Of a stretch of DNA of 64,000 nucleotides, positions 13,337 to 29,530 are shown in pieces (position 1 is the first letter of the stretch; every line of letters begins with the position of its first letter). The stretch lies in the NCBI RefSeq assembly GCF_009914755.1, contig NC_060936.1; one strand, given 5' to 3'. The translations under genes were made by a program, and so were the position numbers. The stretch is from the human T2T-CHM13v2.0 reference genome, Homo sapiens. The notes below the pieces were generated by a model. The model searched no databases. It was not told where the DNA came from and saw only the letters and a list, made by a program, of their open reading frames with translations.

Positions 13337-14969
13337 GTCTCATAGAAGAGATGGTAATTCTGGTAACTTAGAACTTGACATTCATTGATACATATTGATT
13401 GTTGGGTAGGCTCTTTATGCTTTATGGTTCAAGCTGGAGGATATGCCACACTTAGTTTACTTTTTGCATCCAGGCACAAGTGGCTCCATTGTGTTTGGTG
13501 TGGCTGAGTGGTATTTATACCTGGCAGGCCTACCCACATAGAAGAGAGAACCACTGTTCTCTGACTCAGATACAACTTCCTGCAACTGGGTGATCAATTC
13601 ATATTGGGCCCAGGCTATGGAATCAGCTGCCTTCAGTTCAGAGGAAAGGGACTAGGAAGTCTCACTTCTGCTTCAGATCTAAACTGCGTTCTCCAATGCA
13701 GTTTACTAGAAACATCAAATTTGGAGGGGTGAAGCCTGCTGGTCTGGTTTAATCAGGTAGTGCTTCGTTTCCTATTTAGGTTGTACTCCTGCATATGTTC
13801 CAGTACTGCATACCTATAACTCACTAAAAGGAAGAACTTATGGAAGAAGTGGCATTTGAGCAGAGATCTGGACACAGTGAATTAGCCAGCCATGGTAAAG
13901 TGTTGAGGGAGAAAATTCCAGACAGGAAACAGCAAGTGAAAATGATGAGAGGTGGTAACAGAGAGAATCTACGTAAAGGTCAGAGCTACCTGAGAAGAGT
14001 GAACAAAGTGAAGTGGGTTAGAAATGAGGTCATAGAGGGACCCAGGGTATAGAGTATGTAAGGCCTTGTAAGACCTGGCAAAATCTTTGTACTTCATTCT
14101 AAGCGTGATGGGAAGCTCTAGACAGATTTTGAGCAAAGGGGTGACATTCCATGATTGAGGTTTGGAAGGGTCATCCTGGTGTGGTGTGGAGGAGAGAACA
14201 TAGAGACAGACGGAGAGGTAATGGTGAGGAAAAGTCAGATTCAGAAGGCGAAAATGTCAGGCTGCGGCTGTTTGGATGTAGAGTGACAGATGAACACTGT
14301 TTGATTCCAAACAGTGGACAGATCATTAAGTAAAAATTCTTGTTAATTATACAGGTTGAATAGCACAAAGTTGTGTCTCCCTGGAGACAACTTCAGAATA
14401 TGACCTTATTTGGAAATAGGACCTTTGTAGATGCAATCAAGTTACACTGAAGTCATACTCAATTAGGGTGGTCTCTAATTCAATGACTGGTGTACTTGTA
14501 AGAAGAGGGAAACGTGAACACACATGCACAGTCGAAAGAACATTGTATATAGATGGAGGCAGGAATTGGAGTGATGCAGCTGCAAGCCAAGAAATGCTAA
14601 GTGTTGAAAGAAAAACTTTAGACAAATTAAATGTAATACAGCTTGTTTGGGCAAATAATGATTTGTGAATTGGGCAGCCCTACCCCTTCAATCAGAACAA
14701 GCTCAGAGACAATCTAGCACCACACTACCATGTGGTTGGAGAGGATTTATGGAAAGAAAAAGGAAACTGACCTACAGAAATTGGAAGTGAGGTACAGAAA
14801 CAGCTGGATTGGCTATAGCTTGGCATTTCTCTTATTTAAGCAGGGTTTGAACAGTTGGCTACCAATGATGTGCTAAATCTCTGTGACTGTTGGAAGAGTA
14901 AGTTACACTCTGTTTACACATACAGTTAGCTACTGTTCACTATGTATGGAGAAACCTTTAGGCTGAACT

Positions 14970-15505
<536 letters not shown>

Positions 15506-15655
15506 AACTTAAAATATGTAAAGAGGCAGCTTTAGGCTAAATTTAAGTCAAGGATTGCCAGTAAACACTAGATGCAGAAAGAAGCAAAAGAGGATCTTGT
15601 CCTAGTACCTTTAGAGAGAGCATGTCCCGGCAGACACATTGATTAGAGGTTTCTA

Positions 15656-15892
<237 letters not shown>

Positions 15893-16995
15893 CTAATTAA
15901 GATGAATATTGATATTTTGTTTTAGTTTGCTTTTCTTGAGTGCCATGACTTTAAGTCCTTAAGTCCTCTGAGCAGTAGCTCTTCTTTTTAGTTTTCTGTT
16001 CACACCCTTAGCTTTTTCACCATTGTTGTCTTTGTGTTTCCTCATTGATATGTATGAGACCTTTTCTACAAAAGGTTTAACTCAAGGCTTCATTTCCTAC
16101 AGTGTAGTAAGGTAAACTATGTGTGGAAGTCTTTTGCAAACATTTCAGATTTTGTTTTTTATTTAAGCACAGATTTAAAAAAAAAAAAAAAGATATGGAC
16201 ATGTTTTAAAGGAATTTGAAAGAAAATTTCTCCAAAACTAGAATTGCTCATTTCACTTGCATGGTATTATAATATTGGAATGTATAACTGCAAAAATACT
16301 GCTTTCGGTAAAACTAAAAAAAAAAGAGATTCCTGTGGAATATATATCTTTTCATACACTATGCTTGCATATGAATTTTATCTCTTCAAAGAAAAAGCCA
16401 TGCTTTTCTAGTGCTTCTATTCTATATGTATGGAGGAGGAAGAAGAGGAGACTTCAAAATTAGTGACTTTGCATAAGCACTGAATTTAGACTGAGATAAT
16501 TTTTGGAATGAACTCTGAATTTAATAAAAATAAATACATAGTTTAAAATGTATAGTACATGGTATGCACTTTGAAGCTATGTACTTTCTTCAAAAAGTTG
16601 ATGTTTAATGTTTTAAGTATAGAAATCATGTTTATAGTTTTTCTGATTACTTGCATTAAGCTAGAACTGATTCCAACTACTTATTCATACATCAAACTAA
16701 ACTTTTAAAAACATGTGTTGTAAACATCATTGGGCTTTGTCTATGTGTATACACTGTCCTCCCAAATACAAAACCGAAAGTCATGGGCCATGCTTACCTA
16801 CTTCATTTGTATAGAAGACTCTCAATTTTTGGATGGATTGTCTTAAAAAGAGTTATTTGTAAATTGTTCAAAAATCTGAGATGAATTAGCCGTGACTTAA
16901 AGATAAGGCAAAAATGTCACTGAATGTTCTTTCACTGTTATACTAATCAGCCTGCATGAGAGCATTTAGAGGTTGCAACTTTCGTTGAATTTACT

Positions 16996-17307
16996 TTTTT
17001 TTTTTTTTTTGAGTTGGAGAGTTGGAGTCTCATTGTGTTACCCAGGCTGGAGTGCAGTGGTGCGAGCTCAGCTCACTGCAGCTTCCACCTCCTGTGTTCA
17101 AGGGATTCTCATGCCCAGCCTCACAAGTAGTTGGGACTACAGGTGCGTGCTGCCAAGCCTGGCTCATTTTTTGTATTTTTTTTTTTTTGTAGAGATAGGG
17201 TTTCACCATGTTGGCCAGGGTAGTCTTGAACACCTGACCTCAAGTGATCCCCCTGCCTCAGCCTTCCAAAGTTCTGGGATCACAGGCATGAGCCACTGTG
17301 CCTGGCC
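16996..17307 (-). mobile_element. Alu (J/S)
   Basis: Antisense dimer. TSD atttact. Confidence 0.9.
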
Positions 17308-17852
17308 AGATTTACTCTTTACTGTTAACAGGCGCTCAGACTGCAAAGTTAGACGTTGCTTTCTCAAAGACTGTTGGGTTGTAAATTATTTTTTTCTCGT
17401 AGAGAAACAAATATTATCTTTCCAGTAGAAGAGATAAAGCCCAAAAGTTATAGTTTTATTGCCCTGACAGGTATTAATCAGTATTTTAAAAATCTGATTT
17501 AGCAACCTTTTTTCAGCATTCTTTCTTCGTTGACTTTTATATACTAGTCTCTCCTTTCTTCTTTTGAACCAACTTTACCATTCTTCTGGTTCCCTCATTA
17601 AGCAGGTAAATATCTTTGATGTATGCTCACTAGCATTTGTATGAGGGTCTTGTTTTTAACTTTGGAAATACATACTTTCACAAAATGAGAACCTAGAAAT
17701 AATAGATACTGTGGTTAAGCCCCAACCATGTCTGCCCCCAAGTGAATTTCCTCCCCAGATGAACCTGATATAACACACAATGACATTTTTAAAAATTAGA
17801 CAATTACAATGACAGTAATTTAAAAAAATATATTGAGAATTTTATTTTAATC

Positions 17853-18827
17853 AATTTTTTTTTTCTTTTTTTCTTTTTGAGGACAGGGTCTTGCTCTGTC
17901 ACCAGGCTGGAATGTGGTGGCACGATCATGGCTCACTGCAGCCTTGACTTTGGGCTCAAGTGATCCTCCCACCTCAGCCTCCTAAGTAGCTGGAACTACA
18001 GGTGTGTGACACCGTGCTTGGCTTGCTTATTTATTTACTATTTTCTGATAGAGATGGGGTCTCCCTATGTTGCCCAAGCTGATCTCAAACTCCTGGCACC
18101 TCCCACCTCCACCTCCCAAAATGCTGGATTACAGGTGTGAACCACTGAAACCACATTTGAAAAATTGTGACTGAGACAGTGAAAGAGATCTATCTTAACT
18201 GACTCCAACTTGCTTCTAACCTCCAAGCTGTCCTTGTTCATTCCTGGGTGTACACTGAACTAACTTTAAGAGAAACTTATAGTTTAAAACAAAGAAGGTA
18301 ACAGCACTTTCCCAAAGCAGACCTTCTTGCCTGGGGATTAGATTGCCTTTGTAGGGCTAACATTAGCCACAAGATTAGAAATTATGGTTTAGGAGTCATG
18401 CAGCTGGAGCAAGAATCTGACCCTCCCTAAACTGCTACTAAGATCAATCCTTGAGAAATTTTGCAGTCCCTGCACTTGATGGATCAGCTGGCACTACCCA
18501 GACTGATTAACTGGATCATCTGACCTTGTGGGCCCCATTCAGGAACTGACTCAATACAAGAAGACAGCTTCCAATCCCTATTGTTTCATCCCTGACCAAT
18601 CAGCATTCCTGGCTCACTGGCTTTCTCCCACCCACCAAATTGCCCTTAAAAACTCTGCTCCCCTAATGCTCAGAAAGACTGATTTGGGTAATAATAAAAC
18701 TCTGGCCTCCCACACAGCCAGCTCTGTGTGAATTACTTTTTCTCTATTGCAATTCCCCTGTCTTCATGAATTGGCTCTAAGCAGTGGGCAAGGTGAAGCC
18801 CTTGGGTGCTTACACCACCCTGCCCGG
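17853..18827 (-). mobile_element. AluJ split by LTR8
   Basis: Body at 17853-18145; residual 5' end ccaccctgcccgg at 18815-18827. Confidence 0.85.
18146..18814 (+). mobile_element. LTR8 solo LTR inserted in an Alu
   Basis: TGAAACC...GGGCAAGGTGAAGCCCTTGGGTGCTTACA ends. TSD CCAC at 18142-18145 and 18815-18818. Confidence 0.85.
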
Positions 18828-18878
18828 ATTAATGAACTTTCTGATGACAGGTTTGATTAGAGGATGAGAAGAAAGTGG

Positions 18879-19932
18879 TGTCAACTGGAACATGCCAAGG
18901 TTCACAAATTTGGAAAGGAGAACTTTATTTGTCATAACGGGCTGCAGTCTCTGCAGGGTGGCCATTTTGAAAGGCTGGGAAGAGTAGCCTCTGGCCAGAA
19001 GCCAGAAACTGCACTTCACAGGAGGAGCAAAAAGGATAGGAATTTGTGCTGAGCATGGTAGCTGAATAGCCATATTTATGAAACTCTAGGAGGATCCATT
19101 AATATTTATGATAGGCAAAACATGAACATGTCCAATTGAGCTTCATCCAGTCATGAGTAGCATGCACAAAAAAATGGCAGCATTAGCATGATCTATGGGT
19201 GGAAATTTTGGGCCTCTGATATCAAAAGGTGAAGCACAGAACACAAAGAGTCTCACTGTGCAGCCTCCATAGACTGGCTAGAGCCACCCTGTGGTCAGTG
19301 GTCTCCTATCGCTAGTGAAGGCTGGTGGATTGTTTTGTTGAAACCTCAAAAGCGAAAGGCAGCATCAGGTGGTTGGTTGAAAACAGCTATGCAGGACGGG
19401 CGCGGTGGCTCAGGCCTGTAATCCCAGCACTTTGGGAGGCCGAGAAGGGTGGATCACGAGGTCAGGAGATTGAGACCATCCTGGCTAACATGGTGAAACC
19501 CCGTCTCTATTAAAAATACAAAAAAATTAACCAGGCATGGTGGCGGGCGCCTGTAGTCCCAGCTACTCGGGAGGCTGAGGCAGGAGAACGGCGAGAACCC
19601 GGGAGGTGGAGCTTGGAGCTTGCAGTGAGCCAAGATCGCACCACTGCACTCCAGCCTGGGTGACAGAGCGAGACTCCATCTCAAAAAAAACACAAAAAAC
19701 CAAAGAAAACTGCCATGCAGTGAGTCTTTTGAGAGAACTGGTTTCTGCTTAGCCCTATGGAGGAAAGCCTAACGGCAGCTAGCAAGGAAAGGGAGCTGTT
19801 CTACCATCCTTTGCATCATGGCCAAGAATGCACTTTGAAGGTTTCTCCAGTGTACCCTTAGCCAAGAGGGAGTCTGTTCAGTCAGTGGGTGTGTGGTGGG
19901 GAAGGAGATTAGGATTTTATTTTTGTTTCTCA
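18879..19932 (-). mobile_element. ERV1 MER4-group solo LTR (LTR39/MER72-like) interrupted by AluY
   Basis: TG...CA termini, 4-bp TSD gtgg/gtag, MER4-group terminal motif. Subfamily uncertain. Confidence 0.65.
19394..19705 (+). mobile_element. AluY
   Basis: gaccatcctggctaaca diagnostic. TSD gaaaac.gc.atgcag. Confidence 0.9.
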
Positions 19933-20119
19933 GTAGGTAGTGGGAGACATTTACAGTCATCTATTCTGATAAAACATTTTAAACATGCTCAATACTTTTA
20001 GACATTTGATCCCATTGGTTCTTTATTGTTCACTCTTATCTCAGAGCTTCCGGTGTTTGTTCTTTGATGTGGGTGTATTTTCACATCAGTTAAAAAAGTT
20101 ATATTTTTTTCAGTCACAG

Positions 20120-20440
20120 GCAGGGTTACTGGGTATAAATATTAACTCAGCTTTATGAGGCAGGTACTCTTATTAACACATCTGCTTTACAAATGAGGAA
20201 ACTGAGGTATGATAAGCTAAGTAACTTACAGCCATCAAACTAGTAATTAAGAAGCAGAAATATCCACTTAGGCAGGTTGAGGCCAGAATCCACCTGCTTA
20301 TCCTCACACAAGCCGACCTGACTCTCAATGCTGGCTTTGGAAATGGAACTCAATTATCCCAGGTCGCCAGGAGGGAAAATTGAGGTCCAGGAGGCTTCAA
20401 GCAATTTGCTCAAGGTTAACTAGTTCATTAGTAGTGACTG
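20120..20440 (-). mobile_element. MIR fragments
   Basis: tttacaaatgaggaaactgagg and aatttgctcaaggt motifs. Confidence 0.65.
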
Positions 20441-20649
20441 GGATTATTTCATTTCACAATAAAAAAAAGAGAAGCAAATGAGGAAGGCTAGGATACCAAG
20501 AAGGAATGAGATCGTTTTGTGATAATTGAACAAAAGCTGGAAGTGACTAAATTCAAGAGAGAGGAAATTATTAATCAAAGTGAGTTTACATGTTTAAAAG
20601 TTGTCTCAGGTAGAATTGACTGAAATGTGCATCAATAAAGGTAGAAGCA

Positions 20650-21139
<490 letters not shown>

Positions 21140-21603
21140 CTAGGGGAAGGTCAGCAGTGCATAAGATGTTCAGAAAGCCAGCCTTCAGGTCTTGAATGCA
21201 TCTTCACAGTCATCTGTCTTTTCACAATTATATTGCTATAGTAAAGCACATTTTCATGAATGCTATTGCTGATGATAAAACTCTAACTTATATAAAATAG
21301 GTCATTTTCAAACTACTTATTGCACAAAACATTTTACTTTATAAGCTTTCAGTAGGCCTTTATTAGAGTCCACGGTCCACCAAGCCCATAATTGCAGATT
21401 GGTACCAAGAAAAGTGCAGAGATTTCCAACTCAAGAAAATGAGTTTAGTGCATGACAATTAACAATTTGTTTACATTTATTTTTCCTGGTTGGTGTCTTA
21501 AAATAAATGAGTTCACTGAATGTCTTTATTCTTAGGAAAGGCATGCTGAAGTATTTAGGAGTGAGTTGTTATTATAATATTTTCAACTTATTTCCAAAGG
21601 TAA

Positions 21604-21680
21604 ATATATATATATGCATGTATGTGTATGTATGTGTGTATGTGTATATATAGAGAGAGTCAGAGAGAGAGAGAGAGAGA
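21604..21680. repeat. (TA)/(TATG)/(GA) compound microsatellite
   Basis: Directly visible. Confidence 0.9.
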
Positions 21681-21805
21681 CTCTAAATGTGGTAAAATAT
21701 CAATTCCTGAATCTAGGTGAAGGATATACAGATATTCATTGTACTACTTTCAATGTTTTTGTAAGCTTGAATTTTTAATACAAATGGAAAAAGATAAAAC
21801 AGTGT

Positions 21806-22655
21806 TATAAACCAAAAATAAATTTCTAAGCCCCACAACCAACTGATGGAACCCCGATGCCATTTGGCCAATTGCATTCCAAAGTAAACCTGAAAATCTA
21901 GTTCAGGCCATGATGGGAAGAGGGGAGGATGAGACATGCCTCATTATACCCCCCTCTCTTTGGAATCCAGGCACAACTGACCAGCATTAACATTAAAACA
22001 GAGATCGTAAAACTGACAAGGCAGACTTTTTGTAGCAATAAGACATCAAGTATAGCATCACATGACAGATAGCAGGCCCAAAAAGAAATCAAAGTATTTT
22101 ACCCCGAAATACATTTCTTGGGCATAACTGGAAATGGTTTTGCAGAGCTGTCTCTTGTGAGGAAAGTCTTCATTCTGTAGAGAATCTCCCTTCCTCTCCA
22201 GGTCTTTCCTCTCATCCAGGAGAGACTTAACTAAGAGTCTGGCATCTTTTTAGGCCTGATAAGAGCTCTCAAGCCTGCTACATGGAGGCTTCACTGCATG
22301 ATAAAACCTTGGTTTCCACAACCCCTTATCTTAACCCAGGCATTTGTTTCTATTCATTCCAGGCCTTCAGATAATAACTCTTTCAACCAACCCATTGCCA
22401 ATCAGAAAATCTTTGAATCCACCTATGACCTGGAAGTCCCCCACACCATCTTCCAATTGTCCTGCCTTTCTGGACCAAACCAATGTACATTTTAGATGTC
22501 TCTCTAAAATGTATAAAACCAAGCTGTAGCCCAACTACCTTGGGCACATGTTCTCAGGATCTCCTGGGGCTGTGTCCTGGGCCACCGGTCACTCACATTT
22601 GGCTCAAAATAAATCTCATCCAATATTTTACAGAGTTTGACTCTTTTCATTTACA
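21806..22655 (+). mobile_element. MER4D/E-type solo LTR
   Basis: Starts tataaaccaaaaataaatttctaagcccc, ends gagtttgactcttttcatttaca. TSD gtgt/gtat. Confidence 0.8.
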
Positions 22656-23732
22656 GTATAATGAGTAGAAAAGATTCTTTCAGATTCTAGATTATGTTTT
22701 ATATGAAGAATTGTAGTCTTGAGTGCTATTATTTTAAGCCAACGATTATTCCATAATTTTGTCTTATTTTTAAATGTTTTCTCATTTTAAAATTATTTTT
22801 TATAATTTTGATAATAGCTATTATTTATTTAATACTTACATATTAGGAGTTTTACATATATTATCACTAATCCTCACAAGAGTTCTGAAAGGTACATATT
22901 ATTGTCTCAATTTTTCCGATAAGAAAATACATTTATTTGCCCTTGGTCACTTGCAACAATAAACGTTAGTGCCATGATTTGTGCCTAAGTGTGTTGGAAT
23001 ACAAACTCTGAGCTTTTCTCATTACATCACCTGCTCCTCATGCTAAGAAACTTCATTTGAAAGTTGGTGGGTAGGTGGTCCTTTGGAGGAGAGCCCTTTA
23101 GGCCAATTAAATTCTATTAAAACTTATTATTTTATGCCAAATGAGCAGGAAAACTAGTTCTGCTGCTTTTAGCTGTATCTCAAAGTCTTAACAACAAAGT
23201 TATCCACATCTGAAGACCTCTCCAAAACCTTCTCATGAAGGTTCCTTGCCTTATTTAATTGGATTAATTATCATAAGCAAGAGGCAATATACCAACTGCA
23301 TGTTTAATAGTACTATTTCAACATATATTGACATTTGGTTGTTTCTTCAAGTTCCTAAAATTTTCTACTTTCAAACATGCATATTGTTATCATTAAGTGG
23401 CACTTTCTTCCCATAAGGCAATCATTCATTTAACAAATATTTATTGAGCACTTAATAAGTGCTTATCACACCATGTTTGCATTTTATGGAAAATTCTGTT
23501 GCAATCTTAACTACATTTTGTTCCCGTTAAAGATAGTAACATTACATGATTTTCTTCCCCTTCACGATTTTAAAGTTTTCTGGCATAGGATAGTTATCTG
23601 GTGGACTATTTTTTAACATATTTACTCATAAGCTCCAAATTAAACAAGAATGTTTAAGTCCACAGTTCAAGAAAATTCACAAAGTTTTTCAGAGTTATTG
23701 ATAAAGCCCCAGGATATTTTAAAGTAAAGGAT

Positions 23733-24016
23733 CCTGTAATCCCAACATTTTGGGAGGTCGAGGAGAGTGTATCACTTGAGCCCAGGAATTCAAGACCAGC
23801 CTGGGCAACACGGCGAAACCCTGTCTTTACAAAAATTAGCTGGAGCTGGTGGCACTCACCTGTAATACCAGCTACTCGAGAGGCTGAGGTGGAAGGATCA
23901 CTTGAGCCAGGAGAGGCCAAAGCTGCAGTGGTCTGTGTTTGTGCCACTGCACACCAGCCTGGGTGACAGAATGAGACCCTGTCTCAAAAAATAATAAACA
24001 AACAAACAAGCAAATA
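23733..24016 (+). mobile_element. AluJ, 5'-truncated
   Basis: TSD aagtaaaggatc. Confidence 0.88.
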
Positions 24017-25518
24017 AGTAAAGGATCTTTTCTACTTTGGGATGATTTCAGTAGGGAGGACAGATGAGAGATGATTCCTTGGAATCACCTCTAACATTGT
24101 GTGCTTAGATATATGATGAGTGATAGTAAGTGTAGGCATTCTTGTTTTATTTTTACATTATTGGAAGAAAAGTGTATTTGCTTGAAATTTTGCTCATTAA
24201 GCTTGGCTATATGACTGCCATCAAGGTAAAGAAGCTTATCTGGAATGGATAATTTTCTCAAGCTCTGTTTGATGAAGTGAGATGCTGTCAAGATTCTCTT
24301 TACCATCAGCCCCAGGGATTTTTGACCTCATTTATCTGCAGATCTTTCTTCCTTTAAATGCAAAGTTAGAGTTCATTATTGAATGTGCCTCAACTTGTGT
24401 TTACATTTACTTAAGTTTATTTATTTTTTCTTCTTCAGAGCTTGAATTGTAAACTCTGCTTTAGAAGTAGTACAAATCTTCTTCACTCCCCTCATTTCAT
24501 CCATCCCAGGAACATTCAAAGAAAATTCTTAGAGGTGAATCTGTAAAGGGGAATTAAAGGCAAGCATTGATTCCAGGAAAGATGGAGCAACAACAGCTTT
24601 TGCTTCTGGGGCTACAGTGACTTTGCCAACAGTAAGAAGAGTCTCAGAAATTGAGAAAAAAATAAGAAATAGGTTATTTATCTTGAGGCACATCGTTGAC
24701 CACATATCCAGGCTCTTCCTTCACTTTTAGTTATGAAGCTTACCCTTTTCAATGACCTAGTGGCCTAAATCTCAAGGCAGCCTTAATTAAGGATACAATT
24801 TTCAGCTGAGAAACCAAGTTACATCAAGATATTAAGTTTTTTTTTCATAGATGTTAGTGTTTTAAAAAAAATAGTTATGTTGAGAAGGCAAAGGATCACT
24901 TATAGGTGATTTTAAGAATCAAAAGGATCCTTTGATATGCTTCTAGATAAAACATGTTGGCAATTTTCTACTTGATAATTGATGTACTATTGAGGTCATC
25001 ACTAATCATTAAAAATATATGGATGGGTCACTTCTGATCAGATATTGTAGAATCGTTGGTATCTAGGTCGTACAATTTTAGAAAGTTCAGGAAAATGTCC
25101 CTGGCTCTCATTATCTCCCACATCTGACAGCAGTGATGTAGACATTTGATTCTTTGATTTGGGACTTTTCCTTTCCGGGAATGATCAGTAGAAATCCAAA
25201 CACTGTGGATGTGGTAAGGCATATACAGTTACTACTCTTTTCACCTTAGAATAAGTTACTTCATCTGTTATCTGGAGAATGAATGGAACAAGACTGAAAG
25301 GGATTATATATTAATCATCACTTATCAGCCAGAGTGCCATATGAGGCCTCTAAATAGAGTTGGGATAGGTGGTTGGATAGAGACATAAAAGCCTAATCTC
25401 AGCTTTGCTATTATCAACAGGGCATCCCTGTGAAAGTCACCTCCCTTCCCCGGGTTTCAATTTCCTAATTTAGAAAAGGGTATTAGATTAGAATGATCTC
25501 TTGGTTACTGCCCAGTAA

Positions 25519-26007
25519 TGTGAACCCCAAAGATCTGAAACAGGTCTCAGTTAATTTAGGAATTTTATTTTGCCAAGGTTGAGGACACACACCTGTGACA
25601 CAGCCTCAGGAAGTCCTGACAACATGTGCCCAAGATGGTCAGAGCACAGCTCGGTTTTGTACATTTTAGGGAGACATGAGACATCAATCAACATATGTAA
25701 AATGAACATTAATTTGGTCCAGAAAGGTGGGACAACTTGAAGCAAAGGTGGGACAACTTGAAGCAAAGGTGGGACAACTCAAAGCGGGGACAGGCTTCAG
25801 GGCACAGGTTGGTGAGAGACAAATGGTTTAATTCTTTTGAGTTTCTGATTAGCCTTTCCAAAGGAGGCAATCAGATATGCATTTATCTCAGTGAGCAGAA
25901 GGATGACTTTGAATAGAATGGGAAGCAGGTTGACCCTAAGCAGTTCCCAGCTTGAATTTTCCCTGTAGCTTAGGGCTTTTGGGGGCCCAAGATATTTTCC
26001 TTTCACA
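25519..26007 (-). mobile_element. MER4A1-type 3' LTR
   Basis: Reverse complement of TGTGAAAGGAAAAT...GGGTTCACA; adjacent to the PPT. Confidence 0.88.
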
Positions 26008-26702
26008 TTTCCCCCCTTTTCTTTCTAAAAATCTTTTGGAGAAAGCATTTTAGAAGAAAATGAGCCTCAGGTTCCAAGTTTTGTCTGATCTCTCATGGCT
26101 AGGATGGTTTATTCCTAGACAGGTAGGTCCTGAGTTATTAGGAAAGGTCATTTTTAGAAGGTTGTGAAGTCTCATATTCTATGAAGAGAAAATACAGAGA
26201 GGAAGGGAGAAAAACAACAACAAACAAAAGAACAATCCTGGAAAATTGATATAGGCCACATTACTCTAAAGTCCATACATTAGTAGATAGGTATGAAAGT
26301 TGTTTATGTATGTAAATAGGTTGCTGTTATTTTCTTCTGAAGTTTAAATTGTCTAGCTTCAGTTCACAGGGCTTTACAGAAGCACAGCTTAGTTTTCAGT
26401 GACTGCAAATTAGGAAAAATGGGGGAAAGAAGCAGGGGAAAAAATGAAAAATGCTATATTGAAGAGTTGTAGCCAAGAAAAATTAGAATTAGGTCCAAAT
26501 GGTAGAAAATAATAAAAATGGAAAAACATTAGGCAAGATTAGAATCTAACAACAGGTGTACTATAGTTTTTGAAACATAATTTTTCTGTCTCCAGTTTCC
26601 CATTTTTACTAAAGACAAATCATGGTAAGACTGGTTTGTTTTATTATACTGGGTCTAATTATTTGTATACAGTGCAGCAAGAATAATTATTTTTTTACAT
26701 AG

Positions 26703-27011
<309 letters not shown>

Positions 27012-29145
27012 TTACATAGGCTTTTAAATTCGATTTGATGGAACTGTGTTCCACAGAAAGAGTCCCAGATAAGACTTTCTAAAGCCGAGCCAGGCTATGG
27101 ATTTGTGCCATTAAATACCTATGAGTTCAACGATCCTCTCCTCCTGAGGTTCCAAGATAAACTTAGGGCTCCTGGCTCCTGTTAGAAAGTGACAATCCTT
27201 ACTTGCCACAAGTCAGAAAACATGTACAGGGGCTATGTAGACAAAGGTATGAGGCCAGTTTTTCCAAGGGTCTTTTATTTGCTCCATAAATCAAGTTTCA
27301 TTCCTTAAAGGAAAGCACACCATTTCAGTAAAAGCCTTGGTAAAATAACCAGTTTCTCGAATTATGTCCTGTTATAAATGAAAGAGATTCTTATTACACT
27401 TATGCAAATAACTATATTGTCATAAGTTAAGAATACTCACAAATAGTTTCCAAATTTTGGAGAAATCAGGTAGAGAGAAAAAAATATGCTTCAAATTTTG
27501 TTCACAGGAGTATACCTTACTCAATTATTAAAAGCTGTAAACAGCTTAGAAGTTTTCTTGACTCTGGAAAACAAAATAAAGAATCAACAATATTTTAACC
27601 AAAAAGTTAAAAAGATTACTTTAGTCTTCTATTAGTTCAGTTCATGCAGTTTACTCCTGTTCTCCTTGATATTCATGAATATTTCAGCTCTCCATGAGAG
27701 TATTGAAAGTTTTTTCCTCCATTGTAATGTCACAATCTCCAAAGTTATCAGAAACCTGCTTTTAAGGACACCTGTTAGAGTTCTATAGCTGATTATAAAA
27801 CCACATTCTAAGGAGGAGCAAAACAAGACAACAATTGTCCATGGATGACAAAAAGTTTTATGGCAGTCATAGTCAAAAACACAATTGATAAGGAAATTTG
27901 TTACCTCTGTGGCACACAATAATTTAACATAACAATTATAATTATTACTGATAATGTACACTATTATAATTATTACTGATAATGTACACTTAGTCACATC
28001 AGAAACATAGAAGTTTCCCATGATTTTGGAACACATAGCAGTAACATATTTGTACAAATACAGCCTAAAGAAAAACAAATGTCATTTCATATTTGACAAT
28101 GTTTCCTGTATAATTTGTATATGAAATAAGCCAAATTATATCATTTTTGGACTTTAGGGAAACTAATGTCTTAAAGGATCAGTTAGGTCAGAAAAAGACA
28201 TGTTATAATTTTATTTTGGAAAGCTTGTCAAATATCAAAGGTTTAAAACACTTGATGTCACAGGTAATTGTACAATAAATCATTTATTTGACCAAAGTGA
28301 TAACTCAAGAATTTCAAAAAAAAGGTAAAAACCTTCATTCTTTGAGAGAGGAGACTGAATTTTCCAAACAATAAGCCCTAACAAAAACAACATGAAGCCA
28401 ATTAGATTTATTTTCCCAAATTTCATAAACAATCTGTAAATTTTTAATCTTAACAATAAGATATAACTTCCATAAGCCTTTCATAACTTTTATTTAGGAG
28501 GTGGTAAATGCTTCAAGAAAACCTTGTTAATCTGAAATGGGCCTATATGCTGGTATTGCATCAGTGTGCCTTTGACATTAATTATTTATTTATAGAGAAA
28601 CTGAACTTACTTTATCTCTCAATATCAGCCCTTCCAATGTCACACTCCCACCTCTTCCTCAATAGTCTCTGGGACTTGAGGACTTGAATAGCTTTAACGT
28701 CTGTCTGTGTTTCAGGAATGCAGTTTATTTTGATTGGTGTCTTCTACCAGACCTGAAGATGGGGCTTTAATTACCATCAGTGTTTAAAATTTAGCAGGAC
28801 TTTGTATTCTTTTTAGACACAGGAGTCGAAGCCCTGTAACTCAATTTCACAAGTACTTTAAAAGTGCATACAGACAGATACATGGATGTAATAACCTTAA
28901 CTAAAAAAAAAGATTAATTTCAGTTTTTTTCCTAAGAAAACCAAACCATATTAATAATAATATGACAACTTGATTATTTAAAACTTTGGGGTTTCTAAAA
29001 ACTAAATCCTCTTACTATAACTTACACAGACCATTCATGACATGCTTCAACTGTATGGTTTGTTCTGAACATCCCTCTTTCTTAAATAAGCAATCATTTT
29101 ACTCTAGGACTAAATTTACCATACAGGAGATTCTTTTGTATATGA

Positions 29146-29530
<385 letters not shown>

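Noticed and set aside
25723-25785. Regularly spaced repeats resembling a CRISPR array
   Set aside because: Head-to-tail LTR tandem units with no spacers, in eukaryotic DNA with no cas genes.
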